Shown: piece by piece, positions 59,876-64,000 of the stretch | Numbering within the stretch: position 1 is the stretch's first letter | Layout of the letters: each line of letters starts with the position of its first letter | NCBI GenBank assembly: GCA_963826115.1 | Contig: CAWGVS010000011.1 | Span: forward strand, 96,001 to 160,000 | Length of the DNA: 64,000 bases | Source of the DNA: an uncultured Candidatus Rokubacteria bacterium | GTDB taxonomy: Bacteria > Methylomirabilota > Methylomirabilia > Rokubacteriales > DASRDR01 | Reading direction: 5' to 3' | The notes under the pieces: model-generated | Seen by the model: only the letters and a program-made list of their open reading frames with translations | Databases searched by the model: none | What the model was told of the DNA's origin: nothing | Made by a program: the position numbers and the translations under genes

Positions 59876-61950
59876 GTCGCGTCTCCGACGCTCACGATGA
59901 GGTTCGCCCAGCGATCGACCTCCGCGCGCGTGCCCGGTGGCAGAACGGTCGTGGACTCCGGCTCCTCCACGATGGCCGGTCCGGCGATGCTCGCGCCGAC
60001 CGGCAGGCGCGCCCGGTCGTAGACGGCGCACGGGGCGTAGCCGCGGGTCTCCGGAAAGTAGACCGGGCGGTCCGGCTTCCGGGCCTCCGCGACGTGGCGG
60101 GCGCCTCTGGGCTGCTCGGCGAGTCGGACCTCGGGCCCGGCGCCGGTCACGGTCACCGCGACGGTGACCAGCTCGACCGCGGCCCGCGCGTCCGAGTAGC
60201 CGTAGCGGTGGGCGTAGACGCGGTCGAAGGCGCCGCGGAGCGCGGAGGCCGTCCCGGCGTCGATCGGTCCGTCGGGGATCGGGACCGACAGCTCGTAGCC
60301 CTGGCCGACATAGCGCATGTCCGCCGCTCGCGACAGCGAGAGCGTTCCGCCCACGCCCGCCTCCCGGACGACGGCCGTGCCCTGGGCGGCCATCTCGTCG
60401 AGGATCCCGGCGAGGTACGCGGGGTCCAGCGCGTCGAGGCGCCTCACGTAGGAGCGGGAGAGGTCGAACCTCACCTCGGCCGCGAGCAGTCCGATCGCCG
60501 ACGTGACGCCGGCGGCCGCCGGCAGGATCGCGCGGGGGATGCCGAGCGCCTGGGCGAGCCGGCAGCCGTGGACGGGACCCGAGCCGCCGAACGCCGCGAG
60601 GGCGAGGCGCCGAGGGTCGTAGCCGCGCTCGATCGACACGACCCGCGTGGCCAGCTCCATGTTCGTCGTCACGATCTGGTGGATGCCCCACGCGGCCTCC
60701 GCGACGCCGAGGCCGAGCGGCCCGGCCACGCGGGCCTCGATGCCCCGGCGGGCGGCGTCGACATCGAGCCGCATGCGGCCCCCGAGGAAGTAGTCGGGGT
60801 TGAGATACCCGAGCACCAGGTTCGCGTCGGTGACCGTGGGCTCGGTCCCGCCGAGGCCGTAGCAGAGCGGGCCGGGCGCGGCGCCCGCGGAGTCGGGGCC
60901 GACCTGGATCACGCCCGTTTCCGCTCGCGCGATCGACCCGCCGCCGGCGCCGATCTCGACCAGGTCGATGGCCTGGATGTTCATCGGCAGCCCGCTGCCC
61001 GGCTGGAGCCGGATCCGGTGCAGCTCGAACTCGCGGATCGTCTGGGGGGCCCCGCCCGTGATGAGGGAGAGCTTCGCCGTCGTCCCGCCCATGTCGAAGG
61101 CGATGAGGTCGGCATGGCCGGTGAGCTTCCCGTACGCCGCGGCCATGAGCGCGCCGGCGGCGGGGCCCGACTCGATCATGCGCACGGGGAACCGGGCCAT
61201 CGTCTCCGCGGTGGCGATCCCGCCGCCGGACTGCATGACGAAGAGGCGGCCCCGATAGTCGAGCGCGCGGAGCGCGTGCTCGAGGCGCTCGAGGTAGTCG
61301 CGCACCGCAGTCATCACGTACGCGTTGACGACGGTCGTCGAGGTCCGCTCGTACTCGCGAATGACGGGCGAGATCTCCGAGGAGAGGCTGACCGCGACGT
61401 GCGGGGCTTCCTCGCGGACGATCTCGGCGGCGCGCCGCTCGTGCGCGGAATTGACGTACGCATGCAGAAAGCAGACCGCGATCGACGCCACCTCGCCGCG
61501 GACGAGCTGCCGGACGGTGTCGCGGAGACCCACCTCGTCGAGCGGCACGAGCACCTCGCCGTCGAAGGCCACCCGCTCGACGACCTCCCGGATGCGCGAG
61601 CGCGGCACCAGCGGGGCGGGCTTCTCGATGGAGAGATCGTAGAGCTGGTAGCGCTTCTCCCGGCCGATGATCAGGACGTCACGGAAGCCGCGGGTGGTGA
61701 GGAGCGCGACCTTGCCGCCCTTGCGCTCGATGACGACGTTCGAGCCGAGCGTGGTCCCGTGGACGGCCTGGGCGAGATCGGCCCAGCCGAGGCCCGCGCG
61801 GGCGACGAGCTCGCGGAGGCCCTCGACGCACGCTCGCGCCGGGTCGTCCGGCGTCGTCAGGCGCTTCCCGGTGAGGAGGCGGCCGTCGTCCGCCTGGAGC
61901 GCGAAATCGGTGAAGGTCCCGCCGACGTCGAACCCGACCCGGAACGCCAC
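59872..61950 (-). CDS. Hydantoinase A / 5-oxoprolinase family subunit
   Basis: DVGGTFTD, HGTT, REYERTSTT, ESGPAAG, DMGGTT, GAGGGSIA, PTVTDANLVLG. Confidence 0.94.
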   Translation of the reverse strand: MAFRVGFDVGGTFTDFALQADDGRLLTGKRLTTPDDPARACVEGLRELVARAGLGWADLAQAVHGTTLGSNVVIERKGGKVALLTTRGFRDVLIIGREKRYQLYDLSIEKPAPLVPRSRIREVVERVAFDGEVLVPLDEVGLRDTVRQLVRGEVASIAVCFLHAYVNSAHERRAAEIVREEAPHVAVSLSSEISPVIREYERTSTTVVNAYVMTAVRDYLERLEHALRALDYRGRLFVMQSGGGIATAETMARFPVRMIESGPAAGALMAAAYGKLTGHADLIAFDMGGTTAKLSLITGGAPQTIREFELHRIRLQPGSGLPMNIQAIDLVEIGAGGGSIARAETGVIQVGPDSAGAAPGPLCYGLGGTEPTVTDANLVLGYLNPDYFLGGRMRLDVDAARRGIEARVAGPLGLGVAEAAWGIHQIVTTNMELATRVVSIERGYDPRRLALAAFGGSGPVHGCRLAQALGIPRAILPAAAGVTSAIGLLAAEVRFDLSRSYVRRLDALDPAYLAGILDEMAAQGTAVVREAGVGGTLSLSRAADMRYVGQGYELSVPIPDGPIDAGTASALRGAFDRVYAHRYGYSDARAAVELVTVAVTVTGAGPEVRLAEQPRGARHVAEARKPDRPVYFPETRGYAPCAVYDRARLPVGASIAGPAIVEEPESTTVLPPGTRAEVDRWANLIVSVGDAT

Positions 61951-61994
61951 GGCCTCTCTGTTACCGGAACTCGCCAGGCGTGTCCAGCCCGTGG

Positions 61995-62696
61995 TCACGC
62001 CACGCCGAGGTAGCGGCGCTTGACCTCCTCGTTCGCCCCGAGCTCGGCCGGCGTCCCCTCGTACACGATCTGGCCCTTGCTCATCACGTAGACGCGGTCG
62101 GCGATCCGGAGGGCGAGGTGATAGTTCTGCTCGACCAGGAGGATCGAGAGCCGCTCCGCCTTGAGGCGGAGGAGGATGCGGCCGATCTCGCGGACGATCA
62201 GCGGGGCGAGCCCCTCCGAAGGCTCGTCCAGCAGGAGCAGCCGGCCGTTCGTGAGGAGCGCGCGGCCGACGGCGAGCATCTGCTGCTCGCCGCCGGAGAG
62301 GGTCCCGCCCGCCTGGGCCGCCCGCTCCCGGAGACGCGGGAAGAGCTCGAAGACCCGCTCGAGCGTCCAGCCGTCTGACTGGCTGTTTGGGCGGGCGCCG
62401 AGGAGGAGGTTCTCCCGCACCGTGAGCGGCGCGAAGATGCGGCGCCCCTGCGGGACGAGCGCGAGGCCCCGGCGCGCGATGCGGTGGGCGGGCCAGTCCT
62501 GGATCGGTTCCCCCTCGAGCCGGATGCGGCCGTCGCGCGGCGGCGTGAACCCCATGATGCTGCGGATCAGCGTCGTCTTGCCGGCGCCGTTCCGCCCGAG
62601 GAGGGCGACAGCCTCGCCGTGCCCCACGCGGAGCGACACCCCGTGGAGCACGTGGCTCTCCCCGTAGTAGGTCTGGATCCCCTCGACATCCAACAT
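61995..62696 (-). CDS. livF: Branched-chain amino acid ABC ATPase (LivF-like)
   Basis: GRNGAGKTT, LSGGEQQML, LDEPSEGLAP, VEQN. Confidence 0.92.
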   Translation of the reverse strand: MLDVEGIQTYYGESHVLHGVSLRVGHGEAVALLGRNGAGKTTLIRSIMGFTPPRDGRIRLEGEPIQDWPAHRIARRGLALVPQGRRIFAPLTVRENLLLGARPNSQSDGWTLERVFELFPRLRERAAQAGGTLSGGEQQMLAVGRALLTNGRLLLLDEPSEGLAPLIVREIGRILLRLKAERLSILLVEQNYHLALRIADRVYVMSKGQIVYEGTPAELGANEEVKRRYLGVA

Positions 62697-62697
62697 C

Positions 62698-62802
62698 GGG
62701 GTCAGGCCCTGACTTTGACTTCTCGACAATACGGCCGCCGGGCGCCGCCCGACCCTTCGCGCGGGGCCGTCGGTCTAGAAGTCAAAGTCAGGGCCTGACC
62801 CC
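62698..62802. repeat. GGGGTCAGGCCC inverted-repeat element, copy 4
   Basis: Perfect 26-bp inverted repeat GGGGTCAGGCCCTGACTTTGACTTCT. It encodes the LivG C-terminal tail GSGPDFDF*. Confidence 0.9.
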
Positions 62803-63539
62803 AAGTAGACCTCGTAGACGCGGGGGTCGGCGCGGACCTCGGCGGCGGTGCCTTCGGCCAGGACCTCGCCGTAGTGGAGCACGGTGATGCGATCGGCGAG
62901 CGTGAAGACCACGTCCATGTCGTGCTCGATGATCAGGAGGGTGATCGCGCGCGGCAGGCCGGCGAGGAGCTCGGTCATGCGGTGGGTCTCCTCGGGTGAC
63001 ATCCCGGCGGTGGGCTCGTCGAGGAGAAGGAGCTTGGGGTCGGTGGCGAGCGCGATCCCGATCTCCAGCTGACGCTGCTCCCCGTAGGAGAGAGCGCCGG
63101 CGGGGACGTCGAGCCGGTCGGTGAGCCCCACGGCCTCGGCGGCGCCCCGCGCCCGCTCGAGCGGCACCCAGAGTCGGTCCACGGACCCGAGGATGTCGTA
63201 GCTGCCGCGGCCCCGGGCAGCGGCGGCGAGCCGGAGGTTCTCCCGCACCGGCAGCGGCGCGAAGACGTTGGTGCGCTGAAACGAGCGCGAGATGCCTCGA
63301 CGCGCCACCGCGTGCGGCGGCAGGCCGTCGACCGGACCGCCCTCGAAGAGGATGCGCCCCGCGGTGGGCGTGAGGTGGCCCGTGATCAGGTTGAACAGCG
63401 TCGTCTTGCCGGCGCCGTTCGGCCCGATGATGGCCCGTCGCTCGCGCGGCGCCACCGAGAGGGTCACGCCGTTGACGGCCGTCAGCGCGCCGAAGGTCCG
63501 GCGGAGCCCCTCGATCGCGAGGGCGGGCGGGGCCGTCAC
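62775..63539 (-). CDS. livG: Branched-chain amino acid ABC ATPase (LivG-like)
   Basis: GPNGAGKTTLFN, RSFQ, LSYGEQR, LDEPTAG, IEHDM. Confidence 0.92.
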   Translation of the reverse strand: MTAPPALAIEGLRRTFGALTAVNGVTLSVAPRERRAIIGPNGAGKTTLFNLITGHLTPTAGRILFEGGPVDGLPPHAVARRGISRSFQRTNVFAPLPVRENLRLAAAARGRGSYDILGSVDRLWVPLERARGAAEAVGLTDRLDVPAGALSYGEQRQLEIGIALATDPKLLLLDEPTAGMSPEETHRMTELLAGLPRAITLLIIEHDMDVVFTLADRITVLHYGEVLAEGTAAEVRADPRVYEVYLGSGPDFDF

Positions 63540-64000
63540 GCGCGGAGCCCGATGCGGCCCCGGAGCGCGCCGACGATCCCGCCCGGGACGAAGAGGACGA
63601 ACAGGACGAACGTCACGCCGAGGATGAGCATCCAGCGCTCTGTGTAGGTCGAGACGAGGCTCTGGAGGAGTATGAACGCGGTGGCGCCGAGCACCGCCCC
63701 CCCGAGCGTGCCGGTGCCCCCCAGGATGACCATCAGCAAGGCCTCGCCGGACGTCTTCCAGAACAAGGCATCCGGGGTGATGGACCCGCTGAACTGCGCG
63801 TAGAGCGAGCCCGCCAGGCCCGCCAGGGTGCCGCCCAGGACGAAGGCCAGCAGCTTGTAGCGGCGGACGGGGTAGCCCAGCGCCTCCATTCGCCCCTCGT
63901 TCTCGCGGATCCCGATCAGCACGTGACCGAACGGGGAGCGCACGACGCGCCAGAGGAAGAGGATCGCGCCGCCGGCGATGGCCACGACGTAGACGTGGAA
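63536..64000 (-). CDS. livM: Branched-chain amino acid ABC permease (LivM-like), 5' part outside the window
   Basis: SPFG...IRENE...LGY, MVILGGTGTLGG, PGGIVG. Confidence 0.9.
   Translation of the reverse strand, partial: FHVYVVAIAGGAILFLWRVVRSPFGHVLIGIRENEGRMEALGYPVRRYKLLAFVLGGTLAGLAGSLYAQFSGSITPDALFWKTSGEALLMVILGGTGTLGGAVLGATAFILLQSLVSTYTERWMLILGVTFVLFVLFVPGGIVGALRGRIGLRA

Overview
Very GC-rich, gene-dense bacterial chromosomal window. The gene content resembles Candidatus Rokubacteria/Methylomirabilota, but that is inference only because the window has no marker gene. I saw no rRNA, tRNA, CRISPR array, prophage or transposase. Main blocks, in order: (1) a CHASE2 adenylate cyclase, FecR-domain protein, outer-membrane barrel and tandem lipoproteins, running off the left edge; (2) aroK, a homocysteine methyltransferase/MTHFR fusion, a CoA transferase, and msrP-msrQ with an unannotated CxxU AhpD-like selenoprotein between them; (3) a catabolic cluster with a peptide-type ABC transporter, creatininase, split ThDP decarboxylase and esterase; (4) lysA, DUF2339, an FAD oxidoreductase, an amidase and an RRM protein with a structured leader; (5) a DUF169-MtaA/UroD fusion opposite a Cys-rich SCO variant; (6) a membrane-anchored HAMP trehalose-6-phosphate synthase and a flippase; (7) a CbrA/CrbS-type SLC5 kinase and sigma54 activator next to a probable carboxylate-uptake locus; (8) aldolases, lipid enzymes, UDG, a hydantoinase/oxoprolinase pair and a Liv-type ABC transporter. 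The best candidates for new biology are three copies of a ~107-aa leader ORF family that all end in Asp-His-UAG (possible ribosome-arrest or attenuator peptides), the selenoprotein inside msrPQ, the trans-envelope cAMP module with duplicated lipoproteins, and a GGGGTCAGGCCC inverted-repeat family that supplies gene ends. The many frameshifts between about 42 and 59 kb look like sequencing indels.
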